Assembly: GCA_964448865.1 (NCBI GenBank)
Contig: CAYUXO010000001.1
Coordinates: 4,747-68,746, forward strand
DNA length: 64,000 bases
Direction of reading: 5' to 3'
Source: an uncultured Anaerolineales bacterium
GTDB taxonomy: Bacteria; Chloroflexota; Anaerolineae; Anaerolineales; UBA11858
Made by a program: the position numbers and the translations under genes. Below are positions 10,050 to 19,158 of this stretch, piece after piece; positions within the stretch are counted from its first letter, which is position 1; each line of letters opens with the position of its first letter. The notes under the pieces were generated by a model. The model was not told the origin of the DNA. It saw only the letters and a list, made by a program, of their open reading frames with translations, and searched no databases.

Positions 10050-10880
10050 CTATTTTACCACTGCTGCAAATCCCAATCCGTTTGGACCAACATGCGTTCC
10101 AATGATTGTTGTGACATTAACCAGCAGGGGAGAGGTGACCTCCGTTGGTGAGTATTGATCGATAAAACGCTGCCCATCATCTGCCGCATTTGTGTGAAGT
10201 ACCGCCAGGTTTTCAATGATTCCTAAACTCTGGAGGACTTCAGCTAACTGCCGGATACCTTTCCCGCGGGTCCTTGCCATACCGCGATTGATTATTTCTC
10301 CTCCCGTAAGTTCAAGAATTGGTTTGATTTGCAGAATCGAACCGATCCGGGCTTTTGCCCAGGAAACCCGGCCGCTGCGTTGAATATACTCAAATGTATC
10401 CAGCATAGCAAAAACACGTGACCTGTCCAGGATTGATTTTATCTCCAGGAGAATTTGATCTGTCGGGAGGCCATTTTTGGCACACCTGGCAGCTTGAATA
10501 ACTTGAAATCCCAAACCCATGCTCAACTGTTCACTGTCAATTACCTGGATTGATTGGGAAAATTCCAGGGCCGCCAGCCTGGCCGCGTTATATATTCCGC
10601 TTAATAAACTTGAAGCATGCAGGGAAATGATCTCGGTGAAGCCCTGATCGAAAATCGTAGAGTAAAGCTGTTGGCACCTGCCTGAAGAAGGGGCTGCTGT
10701 TGTGGGAACCTGTTTTAACTCAGGCAGCTTTCGATAAAAATCATTCCTGGAGAGATCAAATCCGTCCCGATAGGTTTTATTATCAAGGGTCAAATCAACC
10801 GCAATTTGATAGATATTAAAATCATCCAGGATTTCTCTGGGAATATCTGAGGTGCTGTCTGTCACAATGGCCGTTGTCAA
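10050..10880 (-). CDS. DegV-family fatty-acid-binding protein (FakB-like)
   Basis: 276 aa. The N-terminus is AIVTDSTSDIP. The DegV fold pattern is present and the gene is adjacent to a DAK2/FakA-like gene. Confidence 0.85.
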   Translation of the reverse strand: MTTAIVTDSTSDIPREILDDFNIYQIAVDLTLDNKTYRDGFDLSRNDFYRKLPELKQVPTTAAPSSGRCQQLYSTIFDQGFTEIISLHASSLLSGIYNAARLAALEFSQSIQVIDSEQLSMGLGFQVIQAARCAKNGLPTDQILLEIKSILDRSRVFAMLDTFEYIQRSGRVSWAKARIGSILQIKPILELTGGEIINRGMARTRGKGIRQLAEVLQSLGIIENLAVLHTNAADDGQRFIDQYSPTEVTSPLLVNVTTIIGTHVGPNGLGFAAVVK

Positions 10881-10987
10881 TGGTATCTTCCCTGCTTATA
10901 CAAACGGCGGAGCTTATGACTAAGTCCGCCGAGTAATTATGTATGGAATTAATCCCGGGTAATTAGATTTGGATAATTTCCCGAGGT

Positions 10988-12640
10988 TTACTCAATCGAT
11001 AGGATGAACTGATAATGAGGTTGACCACCGTACTGCAGTTCTATCTCAAGGTCGGGGTATTTACCCTCGATCATTTCAGCCATTTCCTGGGCTTTCTCCG
11101 GTGTGGTATTTTCACCATAGAACATGGTTAATAGTTCAAATTCTTCAGCCTTGGCAATTTCCAGGAAAATCAGACAGCCATCGCTGAGGTTTTTATTTGA
11201 TGCCACGAGTTTGCCATTGTGGAGAGAGATTATTTCGCCCTCTTTGACAGTAATGCCATCGATTTCCACATCTCTGACTGATGTGGTGATCTCTCCGCTT
11301 TCAATTTCTTTTATAGCAGACTCCATATCAGCGACAACATTCTCAAGTTCTTGCCCGGGGATTAATCTCAGCATAGCAGCAAGACCCTGTGGAACAGTTA
11401 CTGTAGGAATCACTTTGACCTGTTTGACCGACACCTCAGCGGCTGATTTGGCAGCCATTAGAATGTTTTTGTTATTTGGTAGAATAATTATTTTATCTGT
11501 TGGCAAATCCTCAAAAGCCTCCAGGATTTCCTGGGTGCTGGGGTTCATGGTTTGCCCGCCTCCAACTATCGCTGCCGCCCCAAGGCTGGCAAAGATCCTC
11601 GAAAAGCCTATTCCAGGAGATATAGTAATCAGGGCAATATCATCGGGTCCAATGTTGGCCAGCTTAATTGGTTCTTCCTTGCTGCCAGGACCCATTTGAA
11701 TCATCAGGTTTTCGATATGGACCTTGCTTATGGTTCCCAGAGTCATCGTGTAATCGATAGGTTCGTAGCGTTTATCTGTTGGAACGTGGATGTGCATGCG
11801 GTACATGCCATCTCCTTCACCGACCTGGATGGATGTTCCGATTTTTTCTAGATCCTCGTAAAAATTTTCCAGCACCAGGGGTTCGTGGGGCTCGAAATCG
11901 ACAATCACCTCATAATCCTGACCGGGTTCTGCGCTATTCATGGCTTCCTGCTGGCCGATCATGGATAAAGGCTTGACGTGGACGGGTTCGATATCCAGGG
12001 GTTCGCCCTCAATAAAACGGACCATACCTTCAAAAATAATCATCAACCCCTTGCCGCCAGCATCAACCACACCAGCTTCCTTAAGGACATCAAGCAGTTC
12101 CGGCGTATAGTCAACCGAGACTTTGGCTGCTTCAGTGATCAATTTTAGAAGTTGATAGGGATCCTCGGTTTCTTTAAGATGTTGTTCCCCTGCCAGGGCC
12201 ATGTCTTTGCAGACTGTTAGTATTGTCCCTTCTACTGGCTTGACAACTCCTTTATAAGCGGTGTCCCGGGCTTGTTTTAACCCTTCAACCAGATACGCTC
12301 CATCCAGGTTTTGACACTTCTCGATTCCCTTCGAAAAACCTCGCCAGATTTGGGAGAGGATCACTCCGGAATTGCCTCTTGCGCCCATCAATGCCCCGTG
12401 GGCTAATTTGCCGGCCAGTGTTCCTACATCATTATTTGAAACATCTGCGATCTCATCAATAGCTGCCTGGAGGGTTAAGACCATATTGGTACCAGTATCT
12501 CCATCCGGAACAGGAAAAACATTCAAAGCATTTACAGATTCCTGATTTGTCCGCAGCCAGGTCAGGCCTGCGTTCATTAATACTCGGAATTGAGCACCAT
12601 CGATCGGCGGGTTATTTTTAATGGTTTGTTCTCCACTCAT
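10988..12640 (-). CDS. DAK2-domain protein, YloV/FakA-like (fatty acid kinase ATP-binding subunit)
   Basis: 550 aa. The Dak2 phosphate-binding region is VFPVPDGDTGTNM and MGARGNSGVILSQ. The C-terminal DegV-like/uncharacterised domain is as in YloV. Confidence 0.85.
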   Translation of the reverse strand: MSGEQTIKNNPPIDGAQFRVLMNAGLTWLRTNQESVNALNVFPVPDGDTGTNMVLTLQAAIDEIADVSNNDVGTLAGKLAHGALMGARGNSGVILSQIWRGFSKGIEKCQNLDGAYLVEGLKQARDTAYKGVVKPVEGTILTVCKDMALAGEQHLKETEDPYQLLKLITEAAKVSVDYTPELLDVLKEAGVVDAGGKGLMIIFEGMVRFIEGEPLDIEPVHVKPLSMIGQQEAMNSAEPGQDYEVIVDFEPHEPLVLENFYEDLEKIGTSIQVGEGDGMYRMHIHVPTDKRYEPIDYTMTLGTISKVHIENLMIQMGPGSKEEPIKLANIGPDDIALITISPGIGFSRIFASLGAAAIVGGGQTMNPSTQEILEAFEDLPTDKIIILPNNKNILMAAKSAAEVSVKQVKVIPTVTVPQGLAAMLRLIPGQELENVVADMESAIKEIESGEITTSVRDVEIDGITVKEGEIISLHNGKLVASNKNLSDGCLIFLEIAKAEEFELLTMFYGENTTPEKAQEMAEMIEGKYPDLEIELQYGGQPHYQFILSIE

Positions 12641-12685
12641 GCCAAGTACTCCTAACGGAATGAATCCAAATAGCTATTTCAATAA

Positions 12686-13045
12686 TTAATGTTCTTCGTT
12701 GCTGATCCGGAGTCCTTGAACATGGACATTGATCTCGTTTACGGGAAGTCCAAGGGAGTTTTCAACTTGATAACGTACAGTGTTGGCTACGCTAGCGGCA
12801 ACAGACTTAATTCTGGTGCCGTATTCAACGATGACGTAGATATCAATATTGATTTCTTTGTTCTTATATTCAACATCAATGCCGTGAGTGGGATCCTTGA
12901 CAATCGCCCGGGCAAGCTCGTCAGCGATATTTTTGGATGCCAAACCCACCACGCCATACGAGCGCTGGACAGCTTGAAAAGCTATCGTAGCTATGGCTTG
13001 TTTAGAAATTTCAATGTCGCCCAATGAAGCTTTTTCTTTTTTCAT
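12686..13045 (-). CDS. Asp23/Gls24-family envelope stress protein
   Basis: ORF 12686..13057. ATG 13045 has a GGTGA SD. The Asp23 pattern is SYGVVGLA...VDIYVIVEYG..I..VA..V...V and the position upstream of DAK2 is conserved. Confidence 0.8.
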   Translation of the reverse strand: MKKEKASLGDIEISKQAIATIAFQAVQRSYGVVGLASKNIADELARAIVKDPTHGIDVEYKNKEINIDIYVIVEYGTRIKSVAASVANTVRYQVENSLGLPVNEINVHVQGLRISNEEH

Positions 13046-13269
13046 AAAAATCACCATTCTTTTTGGTTAGAAGGAGTTGATTTATGTGCAGATGCCAAAT
13101 TTTAACATAGAATCAGGGGATCAGGGGCAGCCTCTTGTGGATTGGTGGGTAGTATGGTAATATTGGCGGGCTTGGCTGAATGGTTCTATTGGTTCACCAA
13201 AATTTTTAACCTTCAGTTACTGGCTTATTGAGATCATCAGTTTATCATTAATGAATGAGGGTACAAGCT

Positions 13270-13449
13270 ATGGCTAAATGTGAAGAATGTGGAAAAACCA
13301 CAGCATTCGGGCGATCTCGCCCCTGGTCGAAAAAGACCACAAAACGCAAATTTAAACCTAATTTGCAGCAAGTTACTGTGTATGTAGACGGAAAAAAAGC
13401 CCGGAAAACACTTTGTACACGCTGCATTAGAACCTTAACAAAAGTCTGA
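13270..13449 (+). CDS. rpmB: 50S ribosomal protein L28
   Basis: MAKCEECGKTTAFGRSRPWSKKTTKRKFKPNLQQV... It is basic, about 60 aa, and carries the L28 signature. It is divergent from the Asp23-DAK2 genes as in Firmicutes. Confidence 0.9.
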   Translation: MAKCEECGKTTAFGRSRPWSKKTTKRKFKPNLQQVTVYVDGKKARKTLCTRCIRTLTKV

Positions 13450-13510
13450 GCCACTATTAATAACACAAAAAATCAGTATTGGTTGTGAGGGAAACGGTCG
13501 ATACAATTTC

Positions 13511-13547
13511 TTCCCGGAGAGTGAACTGCTCCGGGAATTTCTATTTA
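13511..13547. terminator. Bidirectional terminator between rpmB and rpe
   Basis: TTCCCGGAGagtgaactgCTCCGGGAAtttctattt. The 9-bp stem is followed by a T-rich tract. Confidence 0.7.
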
Positions 13548-13550
13548 ACC

Positions 13551-14213
13551 CTAAATCTTTTCTATCAGTGAGTCAATTCCCGCTTTAATCCCACCGGGAT
13601 GCTTGAATATTGAACTGGCAGCAACAAATACCCTGGCCCCGTTTTCATATGTTTGCCGAATGCTAGCCGGGCTGATGCCGCCGTCCACTTCAATTGGGAC
13701 ATCAGATTTGATCTCATCCAGCATTTTTCGAATTTCCCTGATCTTGGGCACTACTTCCGGCATAAAGGATTGACCGGAGAATCCTGGGTTGACTGTCATT
13801 ACCAGCACAAGGTCAGCATACTTCAGGAAGGGCTGGATTTTATCCGCGCTGGTAGCAGGATTGAGGGTAATTCCCGCTTTACAACCTAATTCGCGTATCC
13901 TCTCCAGGGTTTGATCCATTTCGGGGCAGGTTTCTATGTGCACAGTCAAATTGCTGGCACCTGCATCTGCGAATCTGTCCAGATAGCGTTCTGGATCCTT
14001 GATCATCAAATGAACGTCCAAAGGTAAATCCGTTGCCCTTCGGCAGGCTTCAACAATAAAAGGCCCCATGGAAATATTAGGCACAAATTGCCCATCCATC
14101 ACATCGACATGGAACCAGTCTGCGCCAGCGTCTTCTGCCTGCTTCAGCTGGTTTCCCAGTTGAGTGAAATCTGCAGATAGTATGGAAGGCGAGATTATAT
14201 AATCCTTATTCAT
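13551..14213 (-). CDS. rpe: Ribulose-phosphate 3-epimerase
   Basis: SILSADF, HVDVMDGQFVPN, DVHLM, MTVNPGFSGQ and VDGGI form the full Rpe motif set. Confidence 0.92.
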   Translation of the reverse strand: MNKDYIISPSILSADFTQLGNQLKQAEDAGADWFHVDVMDGQFVPNISMGPFIVEACRRATDLPLDVHLMIKDPERYLDRFADAGASNLTVHIETCPEMDQTLERIRELGCKAGITLNPATSADKIQPFLKYADLVLVMTVNPGFSGQSFMPEVVPKIREIRKMLDEIKSDVPIEVDGGISPASIRQTYENGARVFVAASSIFKHPGGIKAGIDSLIEKI

Positions 14214-14292
14214 AATGATTTTCTTTAAACTTCAAATAATTGATTCAAATATGTCCTGGTCTGGCATTGATGACCCTGGTGTCAAATATACC

Positions 14293-15294
14293 CTAATTCA
14301 CCTGGTAATAAACCCAAAGCCAGAAGGGAATTAGACCCCCGACTGTAATTAGCGCCAGCAAACCAAGCAGTATCGTTAACCACTGCCTGCCTGGTCTTTT
14401 GCCCTCCAATCTCTTGATTAGTTTCAGTTTTCTGTCTTCTGGTTTGGTTTCAGGGACATCCTCGAGTTCGGAATCATTATATTCAGTAAAACTGATCACT
14501 ATCCTTCCCAACTGGTCGGCAGTCCTGTACCTGGTAGTGGGTTCCTTGGATAATACTTTGAGGATGATTGTTTCAAGTTCTGGAGAAATCTCTGGGTTAA
14601 TATCCCGGGGGAGGGGTGGGTCTTCAAAGCGGTGGAGCAAGGCCAGCTCTTGAGGAGAAGGATCAGTGAATGGAAGCTGGCCTGTCAGTACCTCAAAAAG
14701 AACAACACCCAGGCTGTACACATCTGATGCGGGAGAAGGCGCTTTTCCAGCTGCCTGTTCAGGTGAAAAATATGCCGGGGAACCCCAGATTGCCTGTGTT
14801 TGTTCGTCATGTTTTACAGAGGCAAGCGCTCTGGCAATTCCAAAGTCAGTGACTTTAAGGCGGTTATCGGGGGTAATCAACATATTGTGGGGTTTGATAT
14901 CACAATGAACCAAACCCGCTCTATGAGCATAACCAATACCTGCGCAAGCCTGAACAATTAAGCGTGTTGCCTGGTAGATGGGCAAGGCTCCAGTTTCTTT
15001 GATTTTCTGTTTGAGGTCCTTCCCAGGCACATACTCCATAACAATGAACAAACGGTCCTGGTCAAACCCGAAATCGTGAACAGTGACAATATTTGGGTGT
15101 GTGAGATTGGCTGCTGCCCGGGCTTCTTCCTTAAATCGTTCTTGAAATGCCTGGGATGATGAAAAATCCTTCCTGAGTATTTTCACCGCGATGGTTCGAT
15201 CCAGCATGAGATCAGTAGCCTGGTAGACAATGGCCATACCCCCTTCACCGAGTTTTCTATCAAGTCTGTAGCGATCGTTTAGAGTCTCAGTCAT
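14293..15294 (-). CDS. Hanks-type Ser/Thr protein kinase with a C-terminal membrane anchor
   Basis: GEGGMAIVY, AVKIL, HCDIKPHN, VTDFGIA and SPEQ are present. The C-terminal TM is WLTILLGLLALITVGGLIPFWLWVYY. Confidence 0.9.
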   Translation of the reverse strand: MTETLNDRYRLDRKLGEGGMAIVYQATDLMLDRTIAVKILRKDFSSSQAFQERFKEEARAAANLTHPNIVTVHDFGFDQDRLFIVMEYVPGKDLKQKIKETGALPIYQATRLIVQACAGIGYAHRAGLVHCDIKPHNMLITPDNRLKVTDFGIARALASVKHDEQTQAIWGSPAYFSPEQAAGKAPSPASDVYSLGVVLFEVLTGQLPFTDPSPQELALLHRFEDPPLPRDINPEISPELETIILKVLSKEPTTRYRTADQLGRIVISFTEYNDSELEDVPETKPEDRKLKLIKRLEGKRPGRQWLTILLGLLALITVGGLIPFWLWVYYQVN

Positions 15295-15342
15295 GCCGGT
15301 ATTTCCTTAAAAATAAGCCGATTTGATTGTACCACCAACTAT

Positions 15343-15371
15343 TTGACGGTGATATCTGTATGGAGTACACT
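15343..15371 (+). promoter_or_regulatory. Sigma70-like promoter, TTGACG-17 bp-TACACT
   Basis: The -35 TTGACG (15343-15348) and -10 TACACT (15366-15371) have 17-bp spacing. The promoter is upstream of the lipid-kinase gene. Confidence 0.5.
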
Positions 15372-15420
15372 GTGATTTGATATCATGTTCGTTCATGTCT
15401 TGATAAGGTTATGGTGGAAA

Positions 15421-16365
15421 ATGAGAGGTCGATTACTTTATAATCCCATGGCAGGCCGATTTCCTTCTCAACCCCTTGTAGAACGGGCAGCCAAAATCCT
15501 GGAAGCCAATGGTTGGAAGGTGAAGATTCTGCAAACTAAAGGTGGGGAACACCTTACCAGGATGGCAAAAAGAGCCGCCTCTGCCGGAATGGATGCTGTT
15601 TTTGTTGCAGGCGGTGATGGTTCAATACATCAGGCAGTAGCTGGTTTATTGGGAAGTGAAACGGCTCTTTGTGTCTTACCGGCAGGCACAGGCAATGTTT
15701 GGGCCCAGGAATTGGGTTTGCCATTATTATCATGGACAAATTGGACTGCTCTCGAAACCACCGTTAAAAAAATGCTAAACGGATCAATACGCACCATGGA
15801 TATAGGATTATGCCAGGGAATTCCGTTTCTGTTATGGGCAGGAGCAGGCTTTGACGCCTTTGTTACCCATCATCTTGAACCCCGGGCAAGATGGCAGAAG
15901 CAATTTGCTGTTCCTCAGTATTTAGCCAATGTCGCCTGGTACGCCCGAAGTTGGGAGGCAATGAATTTGCAGATTTGGGCAGATGGAGAAAAAGTTACCG
16001 GCACATTTATCCTTGCCCTGGTAACTAATGTTCACCTTTATGCTGGCGGACTGGCAGAAATCTCACCCGGCGCCAGGATCGATGATGGATTAATGGATTT
16101 GTGGCTTTTCGCAGGAGAATCCATGATGGATATGGCCCAGCATATGTTTGATCTTGCTTCAGGCAAACATCTTGATTCTGAAAAAACCCGGCAGATAGCC
16201 TGTCGTGATATCAAGATGAAATCAGAGGTAGATATATATCTTCAACTGGATGGAGAACCAATTTCACCATCAAAGAATGTAACTATTTCATTAAAACCTC
16301 AATCGTTAAAGGTAATGGTTCCCAACGATTTGCCAAGGCCTCTATTTTCCAAGAATGAGTCATGA
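15421..16365 (+). CDS. Diacylglycerol/lipid kinase family protein (YegS/BmrU-like)
   Basis: ORF 15385..16365. Homologs start like MRGRLLYNPMAG. AGGDGSIHQAV and LPAGTGNV are the DAGK catalytic-domain motifs. Confidence 0.8.
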   Translation: MRGRLLYNPMAGRFPSQPLVERAAKILEANGWKVKILQTKGGEHLTRMAKRAASAGMDAVFVAGGDGSIHQAVAGLLGSETALCVLPAGTGNVWAQELGLPLLSWTNWTALETTVKKMLNGSIRTMDIGLCQGIPFLLWAGAGFDAFVTHHLEPRARWQKQFAVPQYLANVAWYARSWEAMNLQIWADGEKVTGTFILALVTNVHLYAGGLAEISPGARIDDGLMDLWLFAGESMMDMAQHMFDLASGKHLDSEKTRQIACRDIKMKSEVDIYLQLDGEPISPSKNVTISLKPQSLKVMVPNDLPRPLFSKNES

Positions 16366-16820
16366 AAGATATTATCAATCCCTGGGTAATTGCCGGAGCA
16401 GTTCTCACAGCCAGCCTTTTGTTAGCGGTTAGTTTTTTTGCTGCCGGGACATTGTTTCCTGGAAATAAAAATAGCTATTCAGGTGATGCTGTATTAACTG
16501 TAATTCCCGTTCCAACATACACCCCAACAGCTCTGCCAACCGAACCTTTGAACACACCGACAATTGAACCAGTAGTCGGTATTCAGGTTGGAATTAATGT
16601 ACAAATCATAGGAACCGAAGGGGAAGGACTGAGGCTGCGGCGAGATCCATCCTTAAGTGGTGAAATTGTTTATCTTGGTCTCGAGGGGGAAATTTTCCTC
16701 GTTAAGGGTGGTCCGCAGGAACGAGATGGTTACTTATGGTGGCAGTTGGTTGCCCCCCTGAATGAATCCAGAACAGGCTGGGCAGTATCAAATTTCCTTC
16801 GACCAGTTCAAAGCCCATAA
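16362..16820 (+). CDS. Membrane-anchored protein with a C-terminal SH3-like domain (function unknown)
   Basis: The ATGA overlap with the upstream gene suggests translational coupling. It has an N-terminal TM, a Pro/Thr linker, then GLRLRRDPSLSGEIVYL...GYLWWQL...GWAVSNFL (bacterial SH3 pattern). Confidence 0.5.
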   Translation: MKDIINPWVIAGAVLTASLLLAVSFFAAGTLFPGNKNSYSGDAVLTVIPVPTYTPTALPTEPLNTPTIEPVVGIQVGINVQIIGTEGEGLRLRRDPSLSGEIVYLGLEGEIFLVKGGPQERDGYLWWQLVAPLNESRTGWAVSNFLRPVQSP

Positions 16821-16857
16821 AAAAACAGAAGGCACTGCCTTCTGTTTTTCTTTTTTT
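16821..16857. terminator. Bidirectional rho-independent terminator
   Basis: aaaaACAGAAGGCAcTGCCTTCTGTttttcttttttt lies between convergent genes. Confidence 0.85.
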
Positions 16858-16870
16858 GATAATCTAATAC

Positions 16871-17542
16871 TTAATCTTTTGTCAGATGAACCAGATGGTT
16901 ACTCAGATTATGTTTGACTGCATAAGCAGCCGCTTCTGCTCTATTGCTGACATCCAGCTTTGAGAGAATACTGCTGACATAATTTCTCACAGTACCTTCT
17001 CCCAGGTAAAGTGTTTTGGCGATCTCCCGATTAGTTTTACCTTCGGAGACATGGATGAGAACGTGTTTTTCCTGGTCTGTGAGATCTGTAAAAGCGGATG
17101 CTTCTTCTTCCCGGGCAGCTTTCCTGACTTCTGTAAATATTCGTTGAGTGACTGCAGGATCTAACAAAGCTTCCCCTCGGCCCACTGCCTCAATAGCATC
17201 GATTAACTCATTGCTGCCAACCTGTTTAAGGATATAGCCAGAGGCGCCTGCTCTTATGGATGAGAAAAGCATTTCATCCTCTGCGTAGGAGGTTAGCATG
17301 ATCACTTTGGTATCTGGATATTTGTTAATAATTTTCTCGCAGGCTTCAATACCGGATCCACCTGGAAGCCGGACATCCATGACAACCACATCGGGATGAT
17401 ACTGGTCAACTTTGGTGACAGCTTCATCACAAGTGGATGCTTCTGCAACAACCTGGAATTTGGTATGTCTGTCCAATAAGGATTTCAACCCTAATCGGAC
17501 AACTTCGTGATCATCAACTAATAAAATCCGCTGAAAGGACAT
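16871..17542 (-). CDS. NarL/LuxR-family response regulator
   Basis: The receiver has [27 protein letters not shown] and a conserved Lys. The C-terminal HTH_LuxR is [43 protein letters not shown]. Confidence 0.9.
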   Translation of the reverse strand: MSFQRILLVDDHEVVRLGLKSLLDRHTKFQVVAEASTCDEAVTKVDQYHPDVVVMDVRLPGGSGIEACEKIINKYPDTKVIMLTSYAEDEMLFSSIRAGASGYILKQVGSNELIDAIEAVGRGEALLDPAVTQRIFTEVRKAAREEEASAFTDLTDQEKHVLIHVSEGKTNREIAKTLYLGEGTVRNYVSSILSKLDVSNRAEAAAYAVKHNLSNHLVHLTKD

Positions 17543-17648
17543 CTTTTAACTCCTGTATAGTTTGGAGAGTATATACCAGAGTGGTTAAGCTGGCAAGGAG
17601 ATTCACTATTGTGTAGTTTCAAATAACTGCTGGTTAACAGGGTCGGAA

Positions 17649-18377
17649 TTACTCCTCGGCCTCTTGATTTCTCTTGTAATTTACAAAACGGTATCCAACT
17701 CCTCGCTCCGTGAGAATGTACTTGGGATCGGAAGGATCTTGCTCGATTTTTTTCCTGAGATAGTTCACGTAAAGTCTAACGTAGTGGGGTTCATCTTGAT
17801 ATTCAAACCCCCAAACCTTAGTAAGCAGCTGCTCGTGGGTATTTACCCATCCGGCATTCTGGACCAGATGGTACAGCAAGCGGTATTCAGTTGGCCGCAG
17901 ATCAACCTTTTGCCCTTCAACCCATACTTCTCTCCGAGAAAAATCGATTGTCAATCGCTCATCAACTTTAATGAGATCAACCTGATCATCTGTGAAGGAT
18001 TTTGTCCTGCGTAGAACAGCCCGGATACGGCTGACTAATTCCCTGGGACTGAATGGCTTGGTAATGTAATCATCTGCACCCAATTCCAGTCCCTGGATGC
18101 GGTCGTCTTCTTCACCTTTTGCGGTTAACATGATCACCGGAACATTATTTACTTCCCGGATCTTTTTGAGAACCTCAAAACCATTAATATCCGGCATCAT
18201 GATATCTAACAGGATTAAATCTGGCAGTTGGGTGCGTACTTGTTCCAGCGCGTCTTTTCCATTATAGGCAGTGATAACTTCAAATCCATCCTGTTCAAGG
18301 TTTAACTGGATAAAACGCACCATGCGTTGTTCGTCATCGACGGCAAGTATTTTATATCGTGTGTTATCTGGACTCAT
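17649..18377 (-). CDS. OmpR/PhoB-family response regulator (winged-helix)
   Basis: The receiver has [25 protein letters not shown] and ITKPF. The C-terminal trans_reg_C is [12 protein letters not shown]...[13 protein letters not shown]...[11 protein letters not shown]. Confidence 0.9.
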   Translation of the reverse strand: MSPDNTRYKILAVDDEQRMVRFIQLNLEQDGFEVITAYNGKDALEQVRTQLPDLILLDIMMPDINGFEVLKKIREVNNVPVIMLTAKGEEDDRIQGLELGADDYITKPFSPRELVSRIRAVLRRTKSFTDDQVDLIKVDERLTIDFSRREVWVEGQKVDLRPTEYRLLYHLVQNAGWVNTHEQLLTKVWGFEYQDEPHYVRLYVNYLRKKIEQDPSDPKYILTERGVGYRFVNYKRNQEAEE

Positions 18378-18381
18378 ATTT

Positions 18382-18624
18382 TTATTCCCTGATGAAACTA
18401 ACTACGTCCTCAGCGGTTTCTCCCGGTAATATTTCCATAAAGCTGATTTCTGCCCAAGGCCAATAAACAGATACCACGTTACGCTCAAGAAACATTAAAT
18501 CTTTGCCATCCCTTTGCCGGGGATTGCTGAGTTTAATCAAGGTGTCGTTTGCTTCCGGCAACTCATCAATCTCAGCTAGCATTGGTTCAGCACTTCTGGT
18601 ATGCACGATTACAGAATGTGACAT
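18382..18624 (-). CDS. Small hypothetical protein (80 aa) embedded in the signalling operon
   Basis: It sits 4 nt from the downstream RR gene and 12 nt from the upstream FHA gene, on the same strand. No motif was recognised. Confidence 0.45.
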   Translation of the reverse strand: MSHSVIVHTRSAEPMLAEIDELPEANDTLIKLSNPRQRDGKDLMFLERNVVSVYWPWAEISFMEILPGETAEDVVSFIRE

Positions 18625-18636
18625 ATTGATCCTTTC

Positions 18637-19158
18637 TTACTTTACTTCTTTGGGCAAGATTACTTTCAAATTAAATTTACCTAGAGATAACACATCTCCA
18701 TGGTTTAATGGAACTTCCGAATTTGCAGGTATTTCATAACCATTGACGCTTGATCCATTTGCAGATCCAAGATCAATGACAAAGATTTTGTTCTTTGTTT
18801 CATCAATGCGAATTGTAGCATGGAGCCGGGAAACGCCCATATCAAAGGCATCAAATTGATCCAGATCGACATCAGGAGTGATTACTTGTCCCTCAACATA
18901 ACGTCCGATTGTGAATACATCCTGGTCCGGCAAGTTTATTACTTCCTCTCCATCAATGTAATAAAGTATAAAGTTCCTGCTCTCCAACAACTTCTTGGGG
19001 ATGGTATTTCTGATATCTAAATCCTGACTTCGTGCCTGAGAGGGATAAACAAACGTATCCACTTTCTTCCCAGTGAGGTAAGCTATTTGTGATCCACATT
19101 CACTGCAGAATAAGACGCCTTGAAATTCCTGGTTATTACATACTTTGCAGCTGATCAT
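18637..19158 (-). CDS. Zinc-ribbon + FHA-domain protein
   Basis: The N-terminus CKVCNN...FCSECGS is a CxxC...CxxC ribbon. The FHA core is FTIGR...GVSRLHATI...VIDLGSANGSSVNG. Confidence 0.85.
   Translation of the reverse strand: MISCKVCNNQEFQGVLFCSECGSQIAYLTGKKVDTFVYPSQARSQDLDIRNTIPKKLLESRNFILYYIDGEEVINLPDQDVFTIGRYVEGQVITPDVDLDQFDAFDMGVSRLHATIRIDETKNKIFVIDLGSANGSSVNGYEIPANSEVPLNHGDVLSLGKFNLKVILPKEVK

Noticed and set aside
10904-10932. A hairpin (CGGCGGAgcttatgactaagtTCCGCCG) between the DAK2 and DegV genes could be a terminator.
   Set aside because: There is no U-tract on the transcribed (minus) strand, and the two genes are functionally linked. It is more likely a neutral or mRNA-processing structure, and the evidence is too weak to list as a feature.
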